53,847 bases of DNA, filler included, from Asterionella formosa (GCA_002256025.1; 4 parts of 4 records of this genome joined end to end with filler, not necessarily neighbours in it), one strand, 5' to 3'; numbered from the whole stretch's first letter, positions 13,491 through 24,520 are shown. A program made the numbers and translations. The notes: generated by a model not told the origin, from the letters alone.

Positions 13491-16400
13491 TTGTGTCTCA
13501 AGGCCCAGAACCACAGACATGACCAAAAGCGCACGGACAGTAGACCACTGGACCACAGGGGCATAGGTTTCAAAATATTCAATACCTTCCTTCTGGAGAT
13601 CCCTGTGTACACAAAACCGTGCTTTGCATTTGCGAACATGACCATCTGGAAAGAGCTTGCGCTTGAAGGCCCACGTGCCTGGTAGAACCTTATGGTTAAT
13701 AACCGATGAACGGGGCACAAGCGTCCAAGTATTCTTTTTGGTTAAAGCAGTGACTTCAGTGACCATAGCTTCACGAAAAAATTCGGAATCAGGCCCAGAC
13801 ATAGCCTCGTGATAGCGAGGATTATCGGGGTCCATTTTACGTGCCATGGCGGCGTAGATAAGAGGATCAGAACACTCAAGAAGTCCAGTGACAGGGTCGG
13901 TCATTACAGCACACATATAGGCCATTGCAGAATCAGACGCACTGACTTCAGAACATTCAACAAGACCAGCAAAGAATGCATTGGAAAGGTATTCTCCTGG
14001 TACAAAACGAGTGGGCCCGATTCCGCGTGTAGAACGAGTACTGCGGCGGGGAGAAGAGATGTTTGGAGGGAAAATTGCAATTTCAGGAGATGGAGGCTTT
14101 TCTGGTGAAAAAAGGAATGGATGCTGGTGGTGGCGGCGTAGCTGGAATTATGATGATGGGAACAGGAGGAGGAACAAAAGGAAGAGAAACAAATTCGGAC
14201 TCTCTCTGACTTGGTAGTTCATCGGGAGGTAGGTTCAAACGGGGAAAGATCTTAGATTCTTTTAGTAGGAGCCGGCGACGGGAAATGTCATCTGGCTCTA
14301 GCCACTCATCAGCAAGTGTGAAGTTTGTGTGTTTGTCAAATTTGGTCTCAAACCGGGACTCGTGAACGACAGTTTCCCAATTTCCCGGAGGGTCGTAGGA
14401 TATATTTAGCGAGGAAACGGTCGAGAATAGATCATCAAAGACGACGTGGTGAAATTGCGGAGAAATATGTTCTGTTGTCAGATTAAGTACCAAGGGAACA
14501 TTGGTACTATGAACATGGGAGATTCCAACAAAAATGGCGCGGCGGGAGCGAGGTTGCCAGCGTGGAAGCTTTTGTCCATTTTGTAATTTAGGGTCAAGGA
14601 CATAACAAGGACAACCCCAAACGTGTAAGTCCTTCAATCCATGACATGGAAGGATGGATTTCGTAAATAAGTCCATGGGAGATTGTCCAGTCTTGGAACT
14701 GGGCACATGGTTGTACAAATGTACTGCATAGTCCACCAACATAGGCCAGAGAGCAGGGTCAGCTGTAGAAGGCCAACGAATGGAAGCATTTAGTATCATG
14801 ACACGGGCCATGTTGGAAACAGTGCGAATGCTGCGTTCTGCAACACCATTTTGATGATAAGCTCCAAGACCACAAAAATTTTACAATTTGTCCTTTAGTT
14901 TGAATGACATCTACAAATTTACTGGCTCCAAAGCTGCCATTGTCAGTAGTATATTTATCAAACAAAACTCAAGAATTATAGCTCCAATTTTCAAAAGCCA
15001 TTTTATCTTGCAGAGTTTCTAGGACAGTGAATTCAACTAGATTCTGAATGAAAAGTAGGCCAGATAAGTGATCAGTAAATATGCACCCCCCCCCCCTTGT
15101 ACATATCGGTTGGTGAAGTCTTTCCTCTAGAAGTGTCAAGACGACCAGGGACCTTAGAAACAAAACGGTCAACAGAAACACCGGAGCCGGGATAAAGGTC
15201 ATTTGCTTTCACTCCCCCTTCTTTTACCGGTGTTGGGGCGGACGTGGATGCCTGAAAGGGTTTACGGTACGCCTTCCCGTATTCACAGGCAGCGCATTTT
15301 GGAGGAGTGCAGCGCGAAGCCGCTCGAATTTTCTGGGATGTACCAAATGATGGCTGACGTAGAAGAAATTGAATGGTGTCTGAGCAGAGGTGGCCAAGAC
15401 GGAAGTGCCAGTGAAGATATTCCTTTTGAGCCTCAGTAAGGTTTTGGTTTGTTTCGTCTGTGACACATAAGTTAAGGGAGGCTTCTTTGTCGCACACAGA
15501 TGAAGCACGAATGCCATGACTGGTAGGAAGAGAGTTTATGGGATCATAGGGAATAGTCAAGGTGGGTGATCCATCAATTACAAGGCGTGCGCAATCAGCG
15601 GTTACCTCGAAAATTCCCACATGGCCATTTTCTTTGTCGAAGATACGTTGAGGAGATAAAAGGCGTTGTTTGCATTGAGGCACATAATATGCAGTAAGAT
15701 GAAGTGTCAAGAGGCGACCAGAGTCAGAAAGGAAAGTCCACTGTACAGTGGCGATGCCAGCAACTGTGAGACCAGAAGCAATACCACCAAGATGAAGGTG
15801 AATGGAGGGTTGAAGAATGGGACCGACAAAATCGGTGGAATAGGCAGAAACAGGACGTGAGGCACCAGTGTCCCAAATGGCGGTGAAATGTTGTTCAAGG
15901 CCACCAAACAAGGAGATGGGGTCCATTTCAATGGGACGAAAGATGGATGAAGGCAAAGGTTTTGATGTGGGAAGGATGTTGATGGCGGGAGTGCAGATGG
16001 AGTCAAGAATGACAGGAAGAGGTGAAAAATTATGAAATGAATCTTGGAAGATGATGTAGGCAAAGAGTGATGGAGCCATGATGGGAGGAGTGGAACGTAG
16101 AATACTTTGTGTACCAGTGGGGAGAAATTTGCATAAGGAAGACAGAAAAGGAGTAGAATAAGGGATGGTAGAAAGGGAAAAAGTAATCCCAGGTAACCCA
16201 GGCGAAGGATCAGGAGGTTTAGGAGAAAAGAAAAAAAGAAAGAAGGGAGCAATATCCAACAAGAATGGAGAACAAGAAGGACCATGCCAGGTGACCATGT
16301 TATCATATGCGCCACCAAGAAACATTGCAGTAAACCACATGTTAATCATGATCCCACAAAAAATCAACCATACTGTCGGGTAGCCCAGTAATTTAATGTC

Positions 16401-16511
16401 GGTGATACGCCGACAACCAAAGATATCAAACATTGGGAAATACCAACAGAGAGGCATCGCTGTTGGTAAGTCTGTCAAAAGAAGCAAGGACCACCAAACT
16501 TGGGAGAACAA
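13491..16511 (-). mobile_element. Ty1/copia (CoDi-like) LTR retrotransposon pol, interrupted; PR-INT-RT order, truncated at the scaffold gap
   Basis: Protease IWDTGAS. Zinc motif WHFRLGH..CAACEYGK. Integrase PGSGVSVD, TDNGSF, QNGVAER and WGCPCYVLDPKLQNGQKLPRW. RT start EAMVTEVTAL..LPGTWAFKRK..KARFC..FETYAPVVQWSTVR. Several frameshifts and stops. Confidence 0.93.
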
Positions 16512-17338
16512 TCAGACGGATTCATAGGACTGGTAGCAAAAGGGGTAGTAGGGTTCAATGATAAGTCAATGGACAAAGTCAAAGGAACAAGAAAGTGCGA
16601 GTCAGTGAGATGAGGATTGGAAGGCAACATAGTAGTAATGGTGGTAAAGTTGGATAGGTCTGGCACAGTACCACCAGTCATGAGTGTTATGCCCAAGGGG
16701 CGATAATAAATCATTATTAACAATCAAAGACAAATTATTATCGACCGACCAAGTGACATGAGAGTCATCACAAGTAGAAATACATCCAAAACTTCTAAAT
16801 TGAAGAACAAGAGCATTGTTTTCATTCCCTCCCTACTATGTACCACCTCCTGCTGTGGTTGTCGTTGTTGCTGTTGCTGCTTCTGCAGCTGCACCTCCTC
16901 CTGTTGCTGCTACTGGTTGTCCTACTAATGATCCACCATTCCGTGATCAAGTTTGAGACTCCGCAAGTAAGAATTGAATGAGAAGCTCGTGATTTATATA
17001 ATTCATCAGAAGAATTCTCTGATGATGATACTGCCCTGGAAAAGTGTAAAACGTTAAGTAATAAGAAGAAAATTTTTGTAGAATAAACGGAGTAAAAATA
17101 AACACCGGTTGGGGGGAAAATATATGAAGGTTCCTGCATTTGAATCCCTAGCTCGAGGTAGGGTTTAAAAAATATTATTGAGTCAGAGTGGTCAAACCTA
17201 CACTTCTTACGAGAAAAACGTAAATGTATATCGCTAAATGGAGCTTTCACCAATATACACCCTTTCCATATGCTTAGATACAGTCTTCTGACAAATTAGG
17301 GGTATAGGTCAATGCTGTATATTGTAAGGATATGGATC

Positions 17339-17464
17339 CGGCAAGAAACTGCAGAAAGGAACTTCGGTTTTTTAAACTTTGTTGAAAATTGAGGATTTTA
17401 CCGGGCCAACTCGTTCATTTGGCCTAGTAAAAAAACCGAAGTTCCTTTATGCAGGTTCTCGCCG
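17339..17464. repeat. Imperfect inverted repeat of about 36 bp (about 53 bp spacer) inside the transposon end
   Basis: CGGCAAGAAACTGCAGAAAGGAACTTCGGTTTTTT versus AAAAAACCGAAGTTCCTTTATGCAGGTTCTCGCCG. Confidence 0.85.
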
Positions 17465-17496
17465 AAAGTTATCTTCTGGGGCTATATGAAGATTAC

Positions 17497-20163
17497 CTAT
17501 GTACTTAACTCTTCTTCAAAACCTTCCAACGTTGAGCTATTGTCGTTCAAAAATTCGAAAATATCGGCCTTTTCAACGGTCACCGAAATGTCGGAATCAG
17601 AATCACTAATCGCCAAAACGTCATCATCGGAATAGGAGTCTCGTGATTCGATTTTTCGTCCTACAATCGCCTGTACAAAAAATTCAATTGTAAGTGCACG
17701 CTTCACTATAAATATTTTGATTGGTCAAGATAAAATACTTACTGACAATTGATTGGTGGCCTGGTTTGCGCGGTCTTGCAAACCCAAGCTGGCCACACTG
17801 GATGCACATGTAACATTTTCTAGGGTGTTGGCCGGTACAATATCTACAGTAGGTAGCTGATCATCATTGATCATACGCATACCAGTATGATCAGGCACTT
17901 TGCCTACTGGTACATTGAATGGACAGAGTGTGCTGCTATTCCTTTGATGATCATTTCGGCCACAATGATTGCAGACATTTGTTCCTTTCCTTCTTGTTTC
18001 CTGATGTTCCCTTCTGAGTGCAACACCAGAGCCATAAGTCTTACCTGATTTGTTATCTTGCCTTTCCTGTTTGACTGTTTCGAATCGTGCTGCATGTATT
18101 TTTTCGCTTTGTTTCCTCTATTGTTTGAATTGTGCTTTATAGGCTCCATTGTCACTTCGTCCCTTTTCTTTTTGTCTCCAGAAGGATTCTCGCAGTGCTG
18201 ACATCTGCATTCCACATTGCTTGTATACATTCCTTGTGTATTGTGTTGCTCCTTGTGTGTGTTTCCCAGAAACCGAAGCCACTCGATATTGAAGGCCTCC
18301 AGATCCCGCAAACACCTGGTTTTTTGGACATCGTCGCGACACTGCATTGTTCATTGCCTCATTAATCTGCGTGTCAATGGGATGATGCAATTAAATTAGC
18401 TTTTCGCCTTCGACTTTTGTTGCAACATGCAGCATTAACCATTCGTATAAATCTTTTTCCTTTTCCTTGTCATGATATTTTCCGTTACTAACCAATTTTC
18501 CTGCTTTTACAGGGCACCATGTCTCAGAGCAGTAATCGTGGCAGCCAAATTAATGGTTGATTGGTGCCTTGGAGAAAATACTGAATTCGGCCAGAGAGAG
18601 GTTCCGGTTTTTTTAAATCCAAGCGCCATAGTAAACTTTCAACCGGAGACAATCTGCTTTTGAGGGACACTCAAGGGAGACCGGGCCATTGGGCGGATTT
18701 CATAAAAGCTGGGCGGAGAAGGACCTGTACTCTGTGGGATGGGTCAGACAGAAATGCAGGTTCAGGTACAGTCAGTGGAAAACATCCTTTGTCCGATTTT
18801 TTCAATCCTTCAATGTTCTGGGCCATTGGAAGGATGGCTTTAGTTTCAATAACTCCTTCTTATAGGACCACTTAGAAACAACTCGACTAGTAGAATTATC
18901 ATCACAGATGATTGTAGAGTAGATAACATTGCTTTTCATTACTGCATCAATCATCATTTCCACACAAGCATCTGGTTCCATTGCTAACTACCAGTTACAT
19001 GATTCTTGGGACAAACATGTTCCTTGATTGGCTCCTTGTACCGTACATATAGCCCTGTCGCACACATTACAGACCTTAGATTTCACTCTGTAGTCTAGTA
19101 TCTTTTTCGCTAGTCTAATGGCTTTTTCGTGTAGCCACCAATTGAAAAAAAGCATGTCCACTTAGAATTGTACTTATTCCCACTGGTCCGCTGCTGCCAG
19201 CCCATATCGTAACTAACAGTGAGTCGAGGCATACTCAAAAAAGACAAGCGATCCTTACCAGTCAGACTGTTCAACCACTGAAAATCACGTCCTTTGTCAG
19301 CCCAGTCTCCTCGTTCATGCACATTGAGTTTCAGATATATTTCATACTGACACGCCTCTTTTGTTGCAAGAGCGGTTGCAGTAAGTTCAGCGTTTCCCAC
19401 CAGTTCCTCTACCGCACCAAAGTTACCTTGCGTAGACCAAAATCCAAAGGTAAGTGGAAGATTCATTGCGGAGCAGATGATATAGTATGCATCTGCTGGT
19501 CCCATTCTGGCTTCGTGACAACCCAAAATAAACTGTTTGTTGATAGAAAAGTAATAAACTGTTTGTTGATAGAAAAGTGTTCTGCTTCTATTGCGTTATT
19601 TCTTATCTCATCATTTCTGTCTCCATTGCTGTTGCTTCTTGCAGGTTCGAGATTAGAAATCAGTTTCTGACAGGTCAAACAAGAGACAGTGAATTCGCTT
19701 GCCAGTCCAAGCCGTAATTTTTGGAAGATACAACAATCAACGGTTGTCTCATTGTTGAAATCGGAAAGTCAAACACATCCTGCTCCAGGAATGCTTCACA
19801 TTACTGTTCAATGGACAGCTTTTGTTTTCTATTTGATGTAAAGTAAGTTACAAAGTCACGAAGTGATTGTTTGCAATATTCTTTTACAAATTTATTAACA
19901 CAACTTTTGCAATACAAATCTTCCTGCAGAAATTTCGACAATGTATTATAGTCGATTATATGATTCATGTTCAGTTGAGAATAGTCTGTTTTAATTGGTG
20001 ACGATGTGATTGCTAGTTCAATTCGTGAAGAGGTTGCTGTAGGGGGACAAAAAGGCATCTGAGAGGTCCACCAATTTTGATTTTCATTGGACGCTATATT
20101 TCGTCCTCCTTGACCACCAACACCAATTTCGGAAATGAGATGGCTACCACTGGAACATGGCAT
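17497..20163 (-). pseudogene. DDE transposase pseudogene (Kolobok / Pfam Mutator-like transposase type)
   Basis: Ordered motifs across frames: LYCKSC; GLASEFTVSCLTC; INKQFI..GCHEARMG; TVSYDMGWQQRTSGNKYNS (D1); HVCPKNH..AMEPDA; IICDDNSTSR (D2); LSDPSHRVQ; FGCHDYC; DTQINEAMNNAVSRRCPKN (E); C-terminal CNHCGRNDHQRNSSTLC. Probable phase-0 intron 17671-17742 leads to an acidic last exon. There are in-frame stops and a 26-bp duplication at 19527-19578. Confidence 0.85.
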
Positions 20164-20315
20164 GATTTTGTCTTATAATAGTTGGTGTTGCTTTTTTTTA
20201 TGGCTGGTTGATTTGTTTGATTGTGTAAAAATAGAAATATATTTGTCATTCATGTCACCTCACTTCTAGAAGGTTTTGAAACATCGTACGTAGGTGGATT
20301 GAAGTTCTTGATTTA

Positions 20316-20825
20316 CTAATGAAATAAATGAAAATCGTAAAAACAATAATCACTAATAGATTTAGAACATTTAGAACGTTTGGAAGTTGGTTTTAAACCA
20401 GTGTACACTTTGTTTGGGTCCTTGTTCTTCAAAAGAGATCGAACCCCCTTCAAACAACAGTCAGGAAGTTGCATCCAAACACCTTTTCCCAATGGATCAC
20501 TGAAAACTCTGATTAGAAACTTGTACAGAAGATTGCAGGCTCTTGATGCTGTAATGTCTTCATCCTTCAACCTGGTAAGAATGGATTCACCTTCCAGAAA
20601 CTTCTCCACCAACTCTTCGACTTCATCCCATCGGCACTGACATTCAGGGCAGCAAAAATCGCAGCATTTGCAGAAGATGCGATCCTTATATCCCTCCACA
20701 TACAACTCTACAATCAACTGCTGGTCTTGGCAGGGAGGACAACTATCATGACTGTAGATAAATTTGTTATTACCGTTGTCATTATCATTTTGATGTGTTA
20801 TTTCGCTCATGGTTGATTGTTGCAT
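20316..20825 (-). CDS. KolX-like Cys-rich protein (P2X7 intracellular ballast domain-like), transposon accessory ORF
   Basis: Intact 169 aa. Cys cluster CPPC..FCKCCDFCCPECQC, followed by LYKFLIRVFSDPLGKGVWMQLPDCCLKGVRSLL..KVYTGLK. This matches the KolX/P2X7 C-terminal pattern YR.F.....LGKG.R...P.C....IR..FP....Y.GFK. Lies inside the TIRs. Confidence 0.72.
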   Translation of the reverse strand: MQQSTMSEITHQNDNDNGNNKFIYSHDSCPPCQDQQLIVELYVEGYKDRIFCKCCDFCCPECQCRWDEVEELVEKFLEGESILTRLKDEDITASRACNLLYKFLIRVFSDPLGKGVWMQLPDCCLKGVRSLLKNKDPNKVYTGLKPTSKRSKCSKSISDYCFYDFHLFH

Positions 20826-22068
20826 TTTTTTGTTTCTTACCGGTAGTCATCAACAATATTTGCCATGCTGCCAGCTCGTCTGACACATATATGTTGATTG
20901 TATGATAGGGTATATAAACATTGAGCAATGGGGAGAATGTTTATGTATATATTTATTGAATTCGAAAAGGAATCTATGTTTGTATGCGCAAATTTCCAGT
21001 GATTCAAATGTTTCAAATGGAATTACGTCATTCAAAATTAACTCAAAAAATTCTTAGTTCCAGGGAATTTCGGCAACCCTTAGCAATATATAAATTTTTG
21101 CCTAGGGGTTCCAATGCAGGAACGTTAATGTACAAATAGAAAAATATGCACTGTAAGCCACCGCTATGCAACAATCTTAGTGACTTTGGAAAAATTATAT
21201 CTACATGGCTCAATACACTGAATTGAAACTGATTACTTAACACTATAGCAGAGAGCATCTTCAAACATACACTTTGTACTTTCATCAAGTTTTGATTGTT
21301 GTACTGTATTACATAGATATTTTTAGTCGGAAGATAGAGTAAGATAGCGTGGGCTTACCGGTACAGTTTTTAACTGGCACTCACTGTAAGGATCTAACAG
21401 ATGTTTGGACAAAAGAAACAGATGGTGAGACAAAAAGAATTAGGAAATGTTGACGAATGGGTCACAGCCAGTTGAAGCAAGAAAAGGAAGACGTGTGATA
21501 TTTAGCATGCAGTATTCAGGAACAAAAACAAGACCAGCGTCAACAAATTTACGACTAAGATTGTTTATGGCATGAAAAGGCTCTTCTTTTTTTAATTCTC
21601 CCTATTACAAATTTTTTCGATCGCCCTGTCCCTGTTTCACACTGGATCTGTTGCTTGATTAGCACAGAGGTGTTGCAGTACATAGGAACCGTGGTTTCAA
21701 CATCACACTCACACATCTGTCGAATTCAATTTATTTTTCTGCTTATCATCATCTCTTTGAATTTACAATTATTGCGTATACATATTTCGTATTGATTCAT
21801 TCATTCGCTTTCTTGCGATCGCATCTTTCTGTTAACTTCGCTCTCAATACAGGCCTCTCCTTTTATTGGGATTCTAATAGTACATCATATTATTGTGATA
21901 AGCAAGCGCAAGCAAATCATCCTATCGTCGTCAAAGTGGGCATTTGTTGACTTGACTTTTTCAAATTATCCTTTCTTCCTTTCTTTGCATCATTATTAAA
22001 CTGGGTGGCGGGTGTCAATGACACTTGCTTTTGGTGTGAGTGTGTGTGTCCAATTTTCAACGTGAAGG

Positions 22069-23295
22069 ATGTCAAATTCATTGTGTCTTCGGAAAGAATT
22101 TGCCGAACATGAGGCGCCACAGTCATTCCGCCAACGTAGCATCCAGTTTAGTCGAAAACGATTCAGCTTTAGCGTCGTCGGTGAAGGTCCGAATAGAAAG
22201 ATTCTGGGATACGAACTATCACAAACGAACCTGATGAGCTCACTTTCTGCCATGAAGAATACTTGTGGATGGCTATGCACGCATTGTAAATACGAAAACG
22301 TGGACTCAACGAACACTACTTGTTCTGTATGTGAAAACATTCACGAGGAATCGCTCAAAATTGAAAATGATGCACTATTACTTGATTCGATTGATAGTAG
22401 TGATAGTAACGCACACGGTTCGGGATTTACATCTACGGGTTTCGACAATGAATTCAGCGTCGATAGGCGTCCTCGGCAAGGTTTTGTTCGTAGTAACGAT
22501 GAAAGTATGATGTTGGGCAGTTTATTGATGGGTGACAGACGAGGAAGTTCCAGTAAAACTATTCCATCGGAATGGAAACTTGATAACATTCCCTGGACTT
22601 GTACAACATGTACGTTTATCAATGCTGACATTGGCATGTTGAGTTGTGAGGTATGTGATATGGAATACGCAAGGAACCAAGAAATTGAGGTGGCTGACCG
22701 CAGAGGCAGCTTTGCAAGGGGACAGCGAAAGTCCTTGTGTGCGGCCATGGATAGTCCATTTGTGGGCGACATGGAACACCAGATTGCACTGTTTCGGGAG
22801 TTTGAAGAAAAGGCGCTAAAGAAGGCACGGATGGAGGAGATCATTACTCACCAGAAACAATTTTTAAATGACATTGCTCCGCATCCTCATGGTTCCGAGA
22901 TTTCTCAAAATGACCATTGGCAAGGAGAAGTAGACTTTGAAGAGCTTGAATTGACCAAGATAACCCTTCAAGAGTCCAGGGAGAGACTTCGATTTTTGGA
23001 GTCTATCCATTTTTCAGAAAAGGAAGACCAAGACAAGATGGCAGCGTTACTAGAGGAAAGAAAGAAAGCGATTGAGCATTCGGAGGGCAAACCAATGGAT
23101 GAATACACCGGTCGAGCGACTCGCCCGGGTGCATGCTCTGTCTCTGTAAATGCCCTGGAATGGGTGGCACAAAACCGACTCTTACTTGATTGGAAGGCCC
23201 AATGGGAGGAGCGGAATGACGAGATAAAAGCCCTCGTGGAGCAAGAACGACTAATTGTTGACAAGTGGAAGAAGGAATTTGACATTTCTTTGTAG
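22069..23295 (+). CDS. Protein with two RanBP2-type zinc fingers and a C-terminal coiled coil
   Basis: WLCTHCKYEN..CSVC and WTCTTCTFIN..CEVC. Glu/Lys-rich helical C-terminus. 408-aa ORF; start codon uncertain. Confidence 0.85.
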   Translation: MSNSLCLRKEFAEHEAPQSFRQRSIQFSRKRFSFSVVGEGPNRKILGYELSQTNLMSSLSAMKNTCGWLCTHCKYENVDSTNTTCSVCENIHEESLKIENDALLLDSIDSSDSNAHGSGFTSTGFDNEFSVDRRPRQGFVRSNDESMMLGSLLMGDRRGSSSKTIPSEWKLDNIPWTCTTCTFINADIGMLSCEVCDMEYARNQEIEVADRRGSFARGQRKSLCAAMDSPFVGDMEHQIALFREFEEKALKKARMEEIITHQKQFLNDIAPHPHGSEISQNDHWQGEVDFEELELTKITLQESRERLRFLESIHFSEKEDQDKMAALLEERKKAIEHSEGKPMDEYTGRATRPGACSVSVNALEWVAQNRLLLDWKAQWEERNDEIKALVEQERLIVDKWKKEFDISL

Positions 23296-23404
23296 CTTAT
23301 ACAATACTTACAAGAATAAATCTAAATATTTTGTGGATATCTAAATCGCGTGTTTTAGACACGTAGACAAGGCCAAAACATGAGGAAAAGAACCGAAGAA
23401 TCAC

Positions 23405-24520
23405 TTATTTTACATACACATCCCATCGATTCACTGACCCTTTAATTTCGTGGGAGGGTTTTCGTATGGAGGAGTTTGTAGTCCCACCTAACGGCAGTGC
23501 TTGGATTGGACGCTTGACGACCACTCGACATGCAGCAGCTTCGATGGCGACTTCAAGGAGATGCATTTCTCGTATGCTAACATCGGTTTCGTCAATTTCC
23601 TGTGAGTTAAGGAGACCATGCAGAATTTGCATGTTTTTCTTGACGGCGGAAGATTTTGTTCTTGGAGCGAACATTGGATCAAGGTACATACAGTCAGGGG
23701 GAGGAATATCCAAAGGTGAATTTTTCACAGCCTCAGCTGCCTCGCCAACTTGCAGTGACAAACGATTTAACAGATCTGAGGCTGTATCTTGTCTACTATC
23801 ATCACTTTGTGAAATAAGTTTCAATCTATCCAAAGCATCTTGCAGCAAAGCTGCGACAATGGGATCACGTTCAATCATGTGCACATGCGATGCACCATTT
23901 TGCGCTAGTATCAACGAATCCTGTCCAAACCCTGCAGTCAAATCGTATACCACGGCTCCGTTCCTATTGCTTGATCTAATCTTTCCTGGCGCAACTGCCT
24001 TTACCAACAAATCAGAGCCCGATTTTCCTTTGGTCCTCCTGTCGAGCTTGCTACCCTCAGGAGGGCAAAAGTCGACAAAGAATGGTGTCGCGAGGGGCGC
24101 ATTGCGCCTGATTCTATTCTTCTTGTCACTTGAGTCCCCTCCGAGCGATTGAACACCGATAGCAGTGCCCTCAGTGGTACCTGCAGTGTACCGCACGACT
24201 ACTAGGGCATGGTGGAAGCGATCGACATCCGCACTGGCTACCTCGTGCACGTAGGGTATCGAAAGCCTTCCAGCTAAAGTCCTTGCAGTAGCTATGAGAG
24301 CGTCGTCGTCGGTCAAGACGCAGATACGTTGCTTCTGTGAATCTTCACATAGCTTGCTTTCCTTATGAGACATCAGTTTCGACGTTGTTTGGCAATACTG
24401 GCCTGGCCTGGCCCTGGTTTGGCGCCGAGCCCCGGAAGTATCCAGGGCCAACGATGATACTCTATAGGAAGCGAGAAGTGGAAATACGACGAGTGATGCT
24501 GAGATCCAACATGTTCTCAT
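23405..24520 (-). CDS. rsmJ: RsmJ/YhiQ-like SAM-dependent SSU rRNA methyltransferase, probably plastid-targeted
   Basis: DLTAGFGQDS, MIERDPIVAALLQDAL, YLDPMF, SAVKKNM, RVVVKRP and RWDVY parallel bacterial RsmJ motifs. Hydrophobic N-terminus ending in VSS-LAL, then a basic transit-like stretch. Confidence 0.9.
   Translation of the reverse strand: MRTCWISASLVVFPLLASYRVSSLALDTSGARRQTRARPGQYCQTTSKLMSHKESKLCEDSQKQRICVLTDDDALIATARTLAGRLSIPYVHEVASADVDRFHHALVVVRYTAGTTEGTAIGVQSLGGDSSDKKNRIRRNAPLATPFFVDFCPPEGSKLDRRTKGKSGSDLLVKAVAPGKIRSSNRNGAVVYDLTAGFGQDSLILAQNGASHVHMIERDPIVAALLQDALDRLKLISQSDDSRQDTASDLLNRLSLQVGEAAEAVKNSPLDIPPPDCMYLDPMFAPRTKSSAVKKNMQILHGLLNSQEIDETDVSIREMHLLEVAIEAAACRVVVKRPIQALPLGGTTNSSIRKPSHEIKGSVNRWDVYVK

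Larger units (their letters stand above)
17129..21124 (-). mobile_element. Kolobok-like DNA transposon (about 4.0 kb) with TIRs and a TTAA-like target site duplication
   Basis: Left end TGAA|GGTTCCTGCATTTGAATCCCTAG and right end CTAGGGGTTCCAATGCAGGAACG|TTAA form a 23-bp inverted repeat with 3 mismatches. The element encloses a DDE transposase pseudogene and a KolX-like ORF. Confidence 0.8.

Noticed and set aside
16830..17085. Ala/Val/Pro-rich then acidic coding-like stretch on the plus strand
   Set aside because: It is interrupted by stops, has no start and no recognisable family. It may be a gene relic but cannot be supported.
23466..24152. 228-aa plus-strand ORF
   Set aside because: It is an antisense shadow of the well-supported RsmJ-like gene. 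The same applies to the antisense ORFs over the ISWI, 22069, 42050 and copia regions.
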